NCBI RefSeq assembly: GCF_001194135.2
Contig: NC_068985.1
Coordinates: 101,832,098 to 101,896,097 of the forward strand
Reading direction: 5' to 3'
Source of the DNA: Octopus bimaculoides
Taxonomy: Eukaryota
DNA: 64,000 bases
This document shows positions 50,700 to 63,318 of the stretch, in pieces. Below the pieces are notes generated by a model. That model made no database searches and was not told the origin of the DNA. It was given only the letters and a program-made list of their open reading frames with translations. Numbering within the stretch: position 1 is the first letter of the stretch; each line of letters opens with the position of its first letter. The translations under genes and the position numbers were made by a program.

Positions 50700-52690
50700 A
50701 GCTACGGCAAAATTTAAAGAGTAAAATCAAGAGAAAATGTAGACCGCTTTTAGAGAATTTTTGGCAGACCTCCAGTGATTAAATGCATGCCTGTAGAAAT
50801 TATCGTGAACTAAACATTGAATATCAATGCAGGTGGTCTCATAGGACATGAATTAAGGGAAACTCTCACAAAAATAAAAACCAGTCTTGAAATGATTCTG
50901 GTCACTGCAAACTTGGAGCATATAATGATGCATTTCTCGAAGAGTGCTCCTCTGTCATATGTCAAAAGAAAATCAATAAATGGATTTAGTGTAGTATCAG
51001 ATGCTTTACCTTACAAATACATATACATTTACTGTTGTTCTATCTAAATACTATTGCTTAAATATAAAGTACAATGTAAAACAACACAATGCGAAATGTG
51101 TGTGTGTATGTGTGTATTTCTAAGTACTGATATGTACACACAGACACACACATACATACAGACAAATACTTACATAAACTTACATAAACATCTATATCAA
51201 AACTTTGTACACACGTATGAAAGACCACTGCATTTTCTTCTTCAGAGCATCCTTACCAGTGGTAAGCTCCCAGGTAAGTTGAAACGGGAATAATATGCCC
51301 TATCCATAAAGGGGGAAGCTGATTTCACACATTTCAGCCTAATAATGGAACAAATTGTCCGAAAGAAACTAATTGCGTTCCTTGAAGAGGAATATGACAC
51401 CCAGCATGACCAGGTAGAAGACGCCTGCAACAGCATTTACAACACTACGACAGTGTGTTAAAGCAGCTGCTCAACAACTCAAACGTGGACGTTATTTATC
51501 TCTACTTTAAAAGCATTAAGTTAGCCATGATACGGTATATCGCAAGATGTGTGACCTCGACATAGTCGGATAATTAGGAATGTGACTACACAACTTTATA
51601 AAATAGGGAAATCAGATAGCAGTAGGTAACTTGCATACTTCCAAGGAAACGCAAATAACGAGCGTTGTCACACAGACCAGTCTCTTGGGGTTACTGCTAT
51701 ACATATTGGCCCTTTTGGGGATACTTTCAGCTACTCAGATAGCTAACCGTCCTAGACATGCGGACGATAGAAAAGTGTCTCAGAAGATACAGAAAACTAG
51801 AGGTACTGTACACCTTTAACACGTATTGGACAAAATATACCAGTAGGTTGAGGATAATAACATGTAGTTTAATGGTGCAAAATTTCAAGCCCTGCCCTAC
51901 CAGCGCATGAATTTGAGTGACATGTAGACAGAATACACTACCCCAGGAGGAATTGCAATCGCTAAATTAAAATCAGTTCGTGACCTAGACATTGACATGA
52001 GTAATGATGTATATTTCCAGTGCATGTTACATGAGTTGGCAACATAACGCAAGCAGCTGGCCGGATTGATCCTAGAATTTTCAGAATGAGAAAACAGATA
52101 CTGGGGATGGTTCTTTGGTGGCGATTTTTGCCAGTGCAGTGTAAAATGAATGATAGAACTCGAAAATATCTGGTGAAGCTACAGAACGAAAATCATATCT
52201 CTGCGATAATCAGGTAACGGACAAAGCTGAAAAAGTTAAGAGTCTACTATCTAGAACAAAAGCTGGAAGATATGCAGTGATATACATCTGGGGAATCCTG
52301 TGAAAGTCTGGATTTGGGAAATCCTGTACCAGAGTTTCTCATAGAAAGTTACACAAACAGCAGAACATGTCTGCACACCATATTGTCAAATATATCACCA
52401 TTGCCATCAAGTTGCAGGACCAAATGCTGCAACAACTTGGGTTTCAAGGGACCATGGCTCCTCAATATCCTCCTAAAAGTCCTGAGAAACAATATGTCGG
52501 GTGGATACAGGTGGTTTCAAAACAAAAGAGAGGATCTCCACCTGTCAAGATTTCCCGATGAATCTTCCTTATGGAATGAAACGCAGATGAGAACAGGTAC
52601 ATAAAACTGTCCTTACCACACATAAGAGTGTTTCAAGTACTGAAAGGCTAGAAAGGTAACACCGCAACACTTCCACCGTTGTAGCTCTCA
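50700..52690 (+). mobile_element. Decayed CR1-clade LINE ORF2 (linker plus RT) through the 3' end, interrupted by a microsatellite near 51090-51220
   Basis: SILTSGKLP, MEQIVRKKLIAFLEE...QH, HADDRKVSQKI, LGFKGPWLLNILLKVLRN, LSRFPDE. Confidence 0.85.
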
Positions 52691-52759
52691 AGCGGAAACT
52701 AGCAAGAGAACAAATATAATATATACATAATTTATAAAAATGTATGTATGTATGTATGG

Positions 52760-52795
<36 letters not shown>

Positions 52796-53386
52796 NNNNN
52801 NNNNNNNNNNNNNNNNNNNNNNNNNNNNNNNNNNNNNNNNNNNNNNNNNNNNNNNNNNNNNNNNNNNNNNNNNNNNNNNNNNNNNNNNNNNNNNNNNNNN
52901 NNNNNNNNNNNNNNNNNNNNNNNNNNNNNNNNNNNNNNNNNNNNNNNNNNNNNNNNNNNNNNNNNNNNNNNNNNNNNNNNNNNNNNNNNNNNNNNNNNNN
53001 NNNNNNNNNNNNNNNNNNNNNNNNNNNNNNNNNNNNNNNNNNNNNNNNNNNNNNNNNNNNNNNNNNNNNNNNNNNNNNNNNNNNNNNNNNNNNNNNNNNN
53101 NNNNNNNNNNNNNNNNNNNNNNNNNNNNNNNNNNNNNNNNNNNNNNNNNNNNNNNNNNNNNNNNNNNNNNNNNNNNNNNNNNNNNNNNNNNNNNNNNNNN
53201 NNNNNNNNNNNNNNNNNNNNNNNNNNNNNNNNNNNNNNNNNNNNNNNNNNNNNNNNNNNNNNNNNNNNNNNNNNNNNNNNNNNNNNNNNNNNNNNNNNNN
53301 NNNNNNNNNNNNNNNNNNNNNNNNNNNNNNNNNNNNNNNNNNNNNNNNNNNNNNNNNNNNNNATATATATACATGGAGAGAGGAAG

Positions 53387-53419
<33 letters not shown>

Positions 53420-53796
53420 TGTACGTATACAACTCGGAGCGTTGAATTGCTTACAGGTTATGCATATACATACAGGTATACACCAATTGGAACATGCATA
53501 ATCACAAAGATAAATTTGCTCCTTATATGTATATACGTAAAACGTCGATACACAGATACACACACATATATCCGTGTGTGTGTATGTATGTGTGTGTGTG
53601 TGTGTAAGTATAATTAGGTATACAGAAATGTATACATATATACATACACACGCATATATATAAGTGAATATAAATACTTGTATGCATAGATGTGTGATTG
53701 CTAGTGTAGGAATATATATTCATTTACACACATATATATGTATATGTATATATGTCTATGTATGTCTATGTATGTGTATGTATGTATATATACAAC

Positions 53797-54795
53797 CAGA
53801 ATCAAGAGAGTTGAGTGAGTCTGAGCGAGGTCAAACCGTAGCTCATCATGAAGAGGAGATGCCTCAAAGGCAAATTGCTCAAAAGATGAAATGTTCTCTC
53901 CAGAACTTCAGAAAGACAAAAGATGTGAAGCCAACACAAAGAACAGGCAGAAAAAAAAGGTTACATCACCTCGTGATGAACGATCCATCATCCGTCAGTC
54001 GCTCAGAAACAGAAGAAAAATATCCTCAAAGCTCTGTGCGGACTTCAACACGGCAAATACTTCACAAACATCAAGCAGAACTGTTAGAAGAAGGCTTGTA
54101 TAGTACGGTCTGAAAGGCTGTAAAGCCAGGAAGAAGCCATGGGTTTCTGAACCGGATATGGAAGAAACGTCATCTGTGGGTCAAAAACCACTCAAATTGG
54201 ACGAGTGAGCAATGGTCAAAAGTTATATGGTCTGATGAGAGTAACTATGAGGTAAGATAGTACATGTATTCAATCAACATATAACCTTAATGTAACTGGT
54301 TTGTCTCCCAAAATATATAAAAATGTATAAAAAATAAAGCTGATATTATTTTTCATGTTTTTACTCAGGTTTTCAGTACAACTGGCGCAACTTCCACGCA
54401 TCGCAGACTTGGGGAAGCATTTAAAGGCTGAATGTCTGGTACCAACCGTAAAACATGGGAGTTGTTCTAACATGGTGTGGGCCTGGATGTCTGCCACAAG
54501 ACCTGGAGAATTGTTTTTATGTCAGGGAAGGATAAATTCAGCTACCTATGCTTGTATGCTATCAAATTTTCTAGACCCACCAATTGCTAAATTGCATCTA
54601 GGTGTTTCGAAAACCAGTGTAATCTTTCAACAGAACAACGCTCCATGTCATACAGCAAAGAATACTCATCAATGGTTTCAGAGACAGGGTATTGTTCCCA
54701 CGGACCGGCCAGCTCAAAGTCCCGATCTAAATCCGATCGAACACCTATGGGGAACTCTTGGTGAAGCTATCAGGAACACAACAATTGAAAATAAA
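53797..54795 (+). mobile_element. Tc1-family (DD34E) transposase relic with a spliceosomal intron; TIRs not seen
   Basis: HTH RELSESERG...RQIA, TGRKK, TVRRRL, KARKKP, WSKVIWSDES, TVKHG, FQQNNAPCH, QSPDLNPIEHLW; several frameshifts and one stop. Confidence 0.92.
54252..54368 (+). other. 117-bp phase-0 GT-AG intron within the Tc1 transposase
   Basis: GAG|GTAAGA donor, TTTTTACTCAG|GTT acceptor; removal joins WSDESNYE to VFSTTGA...RR.GE, restoring Tc1 spacing. Confidence 0.85.
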
Positions 54796-54950
54796 GGCGA
54801 TACGAAAGTGTCGCAGAAAATACAGAATCGTAGCAATGTTGCACGCCTACAGCAGGGGTTGGACTCAACTTACAGATGGGCTGAGGACAATAATATGGAG
54901 TTTAATGCTGAAAAAGTCCAAGCCCTACACTACTAGCGCCAAGAACTGAA
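54796..54950 (+). mobile_element. Short CR1 RT fragment joined to the truncated Tc1
   Basis: DTKVSQKIQ...LQQGLD..Y.WAEDNNMEFNAEKVQALHY aligns to about 51770-51905. Confidence 0.85.
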
Positions 54951-55019
54951 TGTAAATGTTTTTATTTAATAGATAAGTGAGTACATATGTTTGTGTGCAT
55001 ACACACAAACACATATATA

Positions 55020-55058
<39 letters not shown>

Positions 55059-56233
55059 NNNNNNNNNNGTCTGTGTCTGTGTGTGTGTGTGCCTGATGTA
55101 TAAATATATATATATGAAATAATTTGCAAATGCTTTTATGCAAATATTCTGTTCACCAGGTCCATAGCGATGCAGTACGTTAATCACAATATTACCCAGG
55201 ATGTCTCACATGGTTTTCATTTCCTTTATTGGAGTATATATTGCTGATATAATCAGTCCTGTGACTGTAGCTTTTTCTAGTTCACACTATTTGCTTGCGT
55301 TCCAATACTCGTAAGACGCTTTATACATTACCTTAACGTGGTGTTATATTTCCGTCTCTCTTTTTTTTATTTTTTTGTTGAGGAGATATTGATGATATTT
55401 CGCGAATTGTAGTGCTAAATATCGCTGAGAGAATGGTTTCAACTTCCACAGCTGAATACATATGATCAACGGCATTTAAATCTTATCGATTATCAGTGAC
55501 TATTTTTTCTAACGAACATGATATGGACTCACATCTTCTCGTTTCAATATATGTATCTGTCAACTCCTATATTGCGTTACTCCAGGTTTAATATATTCTG
55601 AATTAGATTCTAACGACATTCAATCTCAAATACTAGTTAGTACCTTAATAATCTTTTCAGAATATGAGAGTAACAGAATGGCAATCATGTCTTCGGATGT
55701 GCCATAGATATCCTCAAAATATTCTTATAACATAAAACAAATTAAATAGCTCTTACATTCTTGAGATACACCTAAACCTGTATGCACAATCACAGTTAGT
55801 TATAATTTCATTATATTTTTAGTTATAGATTTCATAAAGTTGTCACTTGTTGTATTCAGACGTTGATGCAATGAATTCTCCATATTTTCAAATTTCTAAA
55901 TAAACCCGGATTTATTTCTTCTACTTTGAAACCATGTTTCTTTATAACTGGCCTGTCCCTACGGAATATTTACTGATCACTAATAAGTAACACTGACAAT
56001 CATAGGCTTAAACCAGACTGCAAACACACGAGAATTCATCATATATGACAAAAAAATAGTTATATATACCACATATAAACAACATATTTTCTGCGGAATT
56101 ATTTCCGGTATTATGGCAAGGCAAAACGAAGACATTTGAAATATAACTCCAAATGTAATTGGTAGAACTATAGGCATGTTCAATCTAATGCGGACGTCTC
56201 GTGTATAGTTCTGCAGTTTTTATTTTGCTATGA

Positions 56234-56308
56234 TGATCACACTGATGAATTTCGGACACTTACGTAAGTATTATGTAAGTGGTAACAATGAAACCGGGTA
56301 TGTGATTA
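56234..56308 (+). ncRNA. Type I hammerhead ribozyme with intact catalytic core and minimal helix III; predicted cleavage after GUA at 56300
   Basis: Helix I UGAUCACA (56234-41)/UGUGAUUA (56301-08); CUGAUGA 56242-48; helix II AUU/AAU plus 11-bp CACUUACGUAA/UUAUGUAAGUG; GAAA 56290-93; helix III ACCGGGU. Confidence 0.8.
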
Positions 56309-56666
56309 ATATTTATATTTTGTATCTTTTCATTTGTCTTACTCACTTACATACTGGCGTTTGCTGAATTTTCTTGAGAACAATCTTTTCTTAGTGGTCA
56401 GACCGTATGGGGTCTACATCTAGCATAATGGATGTCCACTTAATGGTCCTTTCTCTTATATGTATAACACATATATATTTAAATATATTTGTTAACAGAA
56501 ATTCAATGCCACATAAAGTAAACGAAACGTGCTTCAATTGTTATTTTTGTTTCGAGACCTAGTCATTGGAAACTCTCAAAAAGTCATTTCTGTAATTATT
56601 TTGAAAACTGGTGATGAATGTTCACTAACTAATGTAATATTATAACAATACACGCAGGCACGCGCG

Positions 56667-56699
<33 letters not shown>

Positions 56700-57519
56700 G
56701 TACACACACACATACGTACATGCATACACAGACACTGTCTCAGACACATGAAAAAACTCACACAGATACCTAACACACATACACATACACATCATTTGCA
56801 AACTGTAATTATGGAAGAATTATAATAAAAAACGCCAGAGGTATTAATAACATGATAAATCATTTGTAAACATCTGAGATTGAAAAAGTACAACAAACAT
56901 ACAAAAAAAACTACAAAGCTGCAAATTAGATTTACACACAGGTAATGAGGAACGTGAGAAAATAATATTAAGCTATATGTAGGAGGAACGACAAGAAAAT
57001 CATCCTTCCTTTTATATATCTGGGAACGATATAATTCATTGAAAGTACTTGAGGATGTTAGTATTTTTGTGTGACTGCACTAAACGACATCTTTAGATTC
57101 AGCAATTTATGCAGTTTACGAAATTAATGAAATAAATATTCCAGACTTGCACTCAAAGGAGAATTACAAAGGAAAATCAATAGTGTGTAATCCGGCGTGC
57201 AGTATATAGTGGATAAATCAATGCCAGGATTATCACTGTAGACACCAAAACCCAAACAGCTTGGAGGTATTGTCGTTGCATCTCCAAAGCATAATAATAG
57301 GGAAATGGAAATAAACCTGTACGCCATCGATCAAATAATTTGTGGGGAAATATAAAGTCAGCATCGTTGAAGGCTAAATTATCGTCAATAAAGTTCGATA
57401 AAGTCTGGTTTGCGAATATATCTACAGAAGCGCTGTTGAAGCAGTCCAGTTAGGCTTCTAATATATGAGTGTGTGAGTTTGTAAGTATTTATGCATGTAT
57501 ATATGTAATATATGTATGT

Positions 57520-57670
57520 ATGGCCGCAGGCGTGGACCTGTGATACCAAACTTGCTTCCCAATGACATGGTTCTGCGTTCAGTTCCACTTCGTCGCAAGT
57601 AGGGCAATTCCCTTCTGCTATTGCCTGAGGCACACCAAAGCCAAGTGTGTGAATTTGGCAGACGGAAATT
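57520..57670 (+). mobile_element. Old SINE copy (31911 family)
   Basis: GGCGTGG...CTTGCTTCCCAA..ACATGGTT...GGGCAA...GAATTTGGCAGACGGAAA. Confidence 0.7.
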
Positions 57671-57798
57671 TACTTTTGCAGGTACAGTGTATTATCATTT
57701 TATTTCTTGAAATTTTCAGTCAACACAGATAGTTTAATCTTGTTCAACATCTTAAACAAAATAAATAAATAACTTATCTACGTGCTTTTATCTTCACA

Positions 57799-57865
57799 TG
57801 GGGCCCCCTGTACCACGTAGGCCCTCTGAGACTGCAGGGGTTGCAGGGGCTTAGCGACGGCCCTG
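57799..57865 (-). mobile_element. Probable hAT-type transposon end
   Basis: Minus strand starts CAGGGCCGTC followed by GC-rich GGGCCCC/CCCCTGCA subterminal repeats; partner end not found. Confidence 0.45.
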
Positions 57866-58811
57866 TCTCTATGTAACGGTTCTTGTCTACCATGCATCCA
57901 TTTTTACCATGCTTCGATAGGACTGAGAGGTCCGGATCACACATGTATGAACACACATACAGACACACATGAATACAAGTAGAACACAGTTAAAGTCCAA
58001 TGTCTCACGAAGGTGAGTTGAGTCACCTACAAAGACAGGATTATGGCATACGAAAATATATTCAGCAGAACCAACAGTGATAGAAGTGAACGCACACTAT
58101 ACAGACATGAACTAAAAAGACTCTTATATTACAGTATAGTATAGTATATTGCTTCTCCTATCTTCTTCCTAAGATCACCTACATCAAGCTTAACCATAGT
58201 TGATTGGTGGAGGCACAGAGACAATTCAAAGACCATGTAAATACGCTTTAAAGAGGAAAATCCCCACCACTTCAAAAATGGAAAACATCATTATTTGTCA
58301 TGTTGGCGGTCTCCTTCTTAGAGATAGACGGATGTTATGGAAATGAAATGCACTCAATATTACAAGGAGAAAAAAAAAAAAAAACTCATGTACAGAAATA
58401 ACTGACCGGTCCAGTCAAATATTTTATATGTCCGGTTTCCGAGTGAAGTTGCATATCAAGAACTGCAATGTGCATTCATCAAAGGAATTACGTATGAAGA
58501 AGATGGTCATCAATAGATTCCATTGGTAACTATAAAGCAAGCCTGTTACATTGCATAACATAAATCTTAAATATGTATGAATTAACTTTCGTACAACATA
58601 AATTGCTTTACTTCACACAAATAATTCCAATGATATTACCAAATAGCAAAGATCAAAGACAAATATCAATGAGTGAGTCAAACGGTGGGTATGATTTTGG
58701 TGACTTTTGATTTGCAGCAATTGATAGAAGTTGAAATCGGTTTAGCTTGTATTAAATCGATTTAACATACGTACATATGCAGATACGTTTATACACACGT
58801 ATACACACAGA

Positions 58812-58886
<75 letters not shown>

Positions 58887-58986
58887 ATACACTCGCACGC
58901 ACACCCACTGACATACATGTACTATATATGTATACATCTAGATATGTACGTACGCATGTATTAGTGTAAGTATAATGAATATTACC

Positions 58987-59024
<38 letters not shown>

Positions 59025-59797
59025 GTATATATGTACACACACAAGCACACACACACACGTATGNNNNNNNNNNNNNNNNNNNNNNNNNNNNNNNNNNNNN
59101 NNNNNNNNNNNNNNNNNNNNNNNNNNNNNNNNNNNNNNNNNNNNNNNNNNNNNNNNNNNNNNNNNNNNNNNNNNNNNNNNNNNATATATATAAGAAGAAT
59201 TAGTGAATGAAAAATTGGAGAGGAAAATGGCGACAGGGAGACAGGTAGAGAGGGGGGGGATGAACAGACAGACAAACAAATAAATCGATACATAGACATA
59301 TTCATTAAAAGATAGATAGATGGATACATAGATAGATGGATACATAGATAGATAGTGTGTAAAAGGAGAAACAGAGAGAGTTTGCTAGTTATATACGTTA
59401 GAATCCTAGTAAAAGTAAATCTACTTCAAAGGTTTTGATGTTCAAAACAATTCTAACAATTATACTCCAGACAATTAAACAATTACGCACTTGAAAGGTG
59501 ATACATTTGAGCATAACAATAGTTATTTAAACTTATATATATTAGTGAAGGGATTAGGTGCCGGTCTAGTGTCTAGCGGTAATAGTTCATGTAAAAATTT
59601 CGACTGAAGCTGAAATGCAACGTTCACCATATCATTGACAATCACTATGAGTCAATTTATTTATATAGAATGGGCACTCTCTAAATTGACTTGGGAACAG
59701 ATATGGCGGTGTGAATAAACTGATCACAGCGAGATGGATTAACGATTTATGACTGAACTTAGGAAAAGTTAACTGTTTGGAAACCCAGGTCCATTGC

Positions 59798-59835
<38 letters not shown>

Positions 59836-60719
59836 TCTGTTAAAGTCTGTCATACCGGCCATGATGAGATACCACAAGGTATAGAAAATACATATTCGCC
59901 TTTATATATTTAATCCTTTATATTGAACGCTCAATATTTCATCTATTCAATAAGACATATTCCATATATTCAATAAGACATTCAATACTTTATTTCATTG
60001 TGCCATCCATTTTTATTTTATATTATATATTGTATATTATATTATATATTGTATATTCCATATTCTATATCCCACATTGGTTTTGCAGGTATATAAATAA
60101 AACATAAAAAAACAGACAGTGTTGGAACACTTTTACACAAAATAATATATTCCTCTATACACAATCATACAAAACCCCTTTTTTGTATTTATTTTTACTC
60201 GCATATATATATATATATATGAAATATAAATGAGTAATAAGATGTACAGGTGTCAAATAAGTACGGTCATTTGAAGTAACTCCTTCAATTTATTGATGAA
60301 GACATTACATCGTTTGATAGAAACCGTTTTCGTTAGTTGACTGCATAGACATCAATTTCTTTAACATTTTCACATCAATAATGGAATTCAATTTTTTGTC
60401 ATATCTGTGGCAGAATGGGTTTATAAAATAATGCATACTTTTTAAAATCTACTATGATTATAGGTTTTTTATATGTTTGATGTTTGAAGACTATGGGGTC
60501 ATCTGACGAGAATGTTTTCTTTCAAATGATGAAATGATTTCATTAAACAATTAAGGGATTTGCGTGAAACGTCCGTAATGAATTAACACCAGTACATCTT
60601 TGTTACTCATTTATATTTTATTAACCTAACTTGGAATTTGCACTTCGAAAATTTTACAGAAATTACCTTTAACAAAAAAACTCGTCTGAATTACCAAGAG
60701 CGGAAATCTTCCTTTAGCT

Positions 60720-60985
60720 GGGTTACGTTGTTTGCACACACGGCAGGAATATGCCGATTGTCAAGCGTGGTGGCGGTTACACACAGACACAAACACATGC
60801 ACACACACACACTCACACGCACACACATATACATATATACGACGGGCTTCTTCACGTTGCCCTCTACCAAATCCACTCGCAAAGCTTTGTTAGGCACAAG
60901 ATTATAGCAGAAGACAATAGAGGAAGGTGCCACACATCGAGATTGAACACGGTAAGCAAGTTTGTTGCCACATAGTTACACTTGT
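60720..60985 (-). mobile_element. SINE (31911 family) on the minus strand
   Basis: GACGGGCTTCTT...CTACCAAATCCACTC...GTAAGCAAG...GCCACA is the reverse complement of the family consensus seen elsewhere in the window. Confidence 0.75.
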
Positions 60986-61779
60986 GACTATGATATCCGT
61001 AAAAACTGAATATTGTTGCCAAGTCAATTGTAATCTAAGGGGAAATCTCGGAATTTTTGTGTAGCCTAAATCGGAACTTATCCATGTAACCTCTGTTGAA
61101 ATTTACTCCATGCTTAAACAACTAGTCTTCTCTCTAGACACAGTTTGTTTGGGACTGTATTATCAGATCTGTATATTCTTACAAATAATTGCAAGATATT
61201 ATTTGAAGCCGATTTGTTCACTATATTTTAACAGGCCAAGCAACACAATACCAATATTCTTATTCAGCTGTATTTGTATGTATTATCATATACACATATG
61301 TCTACGCGAGACATGTTAGGTACAGTTCAATTACATTCAATCTGACACAAAATCTCATCTTTTTCGCAAGATATTTAATATTCGAACGTTATTACATTAT
61401 TTCAGATAAATAATATGAGGTTATTACGAGGTCGGTGCTGTTATTTGCATTATAACATCATTTTGTATGATATATGTAAGCCTACTATATCCATCAAATC
61501 CATTTCTGGACAAGTCGCAACTGTTCGCCAGTTCTATATAAATATAATATAATGCAATTTTAGCGTTTGTAGATGCGGTGTCCATTGAATCAATTAGCTT
61601 TGAACGGCAAGCAAGACGTTTGATTGAATTGCTATGCCAACAGATTAATACTTGCTCTACCATCCATGAAAATTAGTCCAGTGTAGCAAATTTATTACCG
61701 AAAAAGTTTTGTGCTACTCAAAATTCATAAACACGCACACACATACATAGATGCATAGATACATAGATACATACATACA

Positions 61780-61906
<127 letters not shown>

Positions 61907-62322
61907 ACTTGTACATGTGTTTTAGTATATATGTGCATATGTACGCACGTATGTATGCATATATATAGATATAAATTTATATATATATATACATTTGCAT
62001 ACGTTTGTGAGTATATATATGCATACGTGCATATGTATGCATATATGTAGATATATATATTTATATATACTTGTATACGTGTGTGAGTATATTTATGCAC
62101 ACGTACATATGTATGCATATATATATATTTGTCTGTTTGTGTATGTGTGTGGGTGTATTGTGTATATGCTTATGTTTTTCTTCGTATTTCAGGTTATATA
62201 TAAAACAATTTAACATTAACCTGGATGATTACACAATACTTTTCACTGGAGTATGTCTTTATTAAACTTTTATAGCAAAATGTTGTCGTTAACTTTGATG
62301 TTTCACCATGTTCCCATGCGTG

Positions 62323-62369
62323 AAACTATTTGACGAAGACGAGCAAAGTGAAACTTCGAAGTCACTAGC
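62323..62369 (+). ncRNA. Degenerate minimal type I hammerhead ribozyme
   Basis: UUGACGA-A-GAC-GAGCAAA-GU-GAAA-CUUCGAA-GUC; perfect palindromic helix III ACUUCGAAGU; helices I and II each appear to lack one base. Confidence 0.55.
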
Positions 62370-63071
62370 AAAATTGTCCATGTAAATGTGTGTGTGTGTG
62401 AGTGTATTATTTAATCAGCTTGTCTCGGCTCTTTGCCACTAAAAGTTTCTTGAGTGTCTCATAGTGACACCTCACATTCTTAGATTACCGAGGGGCCTAG
62501 TAATTCAGTTTTAGAGTATACATATAACACCTACTAAATGAACTGAGTGAGTCTTCCTTTCCTTTCTCCTCTCACATTTATATATATATATATATATNNN
62601 NNNNNNNNNNNNNNNNNNNNNNNNNNNNNNNNNNNNNNNNNNNNNNNNNNNNNNNNNNNNNNNNNNNNNNNNNNNNNNNNNNNNNNNNNNNNNNNNNNNN
62701 NNNNNNNNNNNNNNNNNNNNNNNNNNNNNNNNNNNNNNNNNNNNNNNNNNNNNNNNNNNNNNNNNNNNNNNNNNNNNNNNNNNNNNNNNNNNNNNNNNNN
62801 NNNNNNNNNNNNNNNNNNNNNNNNNNNNNNNNNNNNNNNNNNNNNNNNNNNNNNNNNNNNNNNNNNNNNNNNNNNNNNNNNNNNNNNNNNNNNNNATATA
62901 TGTGTGTGTGTGTGTGTGTATGTGTGTGTGTGTGTGTATGTGTGTGTGTATGTGTGTGTGTGTGTTTGTGTGTGTGAGTGTGTGTGTATGGGAGAATTTA
63001 CGACAACAAACGAAGACAGGTTGTGTAAACAACAAATTGATGTATAAGTTTAACGCTCGGAATAGTGAATG

Positions 63072-63109
63072 CCTTTAACGTTTCGTGCATACGCTCTTCA
63101 ACTGAAAGG
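63072..63109 (-). ncRNA. Degenerate minimal type I hammerhead ribozyme
   Basis: Minus strand CCUUUCAG-UUGAAGA-GCGUAUGCAC-GAAA-CGUU-AAAGG; palindromic ACGU helix III; helix I pairs if a 3-nt deletion is assumed. Confidence 0.5.
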
Positions 63110-63242
63110 AACACAGAAAAAAAACAAAAATGGAGGTTTACATAAGTGAAAAAGTTCAAAGGTTCCAGACGTCGTGGTATATTGCGGTGATTTCAAATCA
63201 GTAGATAGATCCAGTGTAATCCGTGATACACACACACACCAT

Positions 63243-63318
<76 letters not shown>

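Noticed and set aside
61424-61663. Possible mariner C-terminal remnant ending CCTCGTA on the minus strand
   Set aside because: Motif similarity too weak to support by eye.
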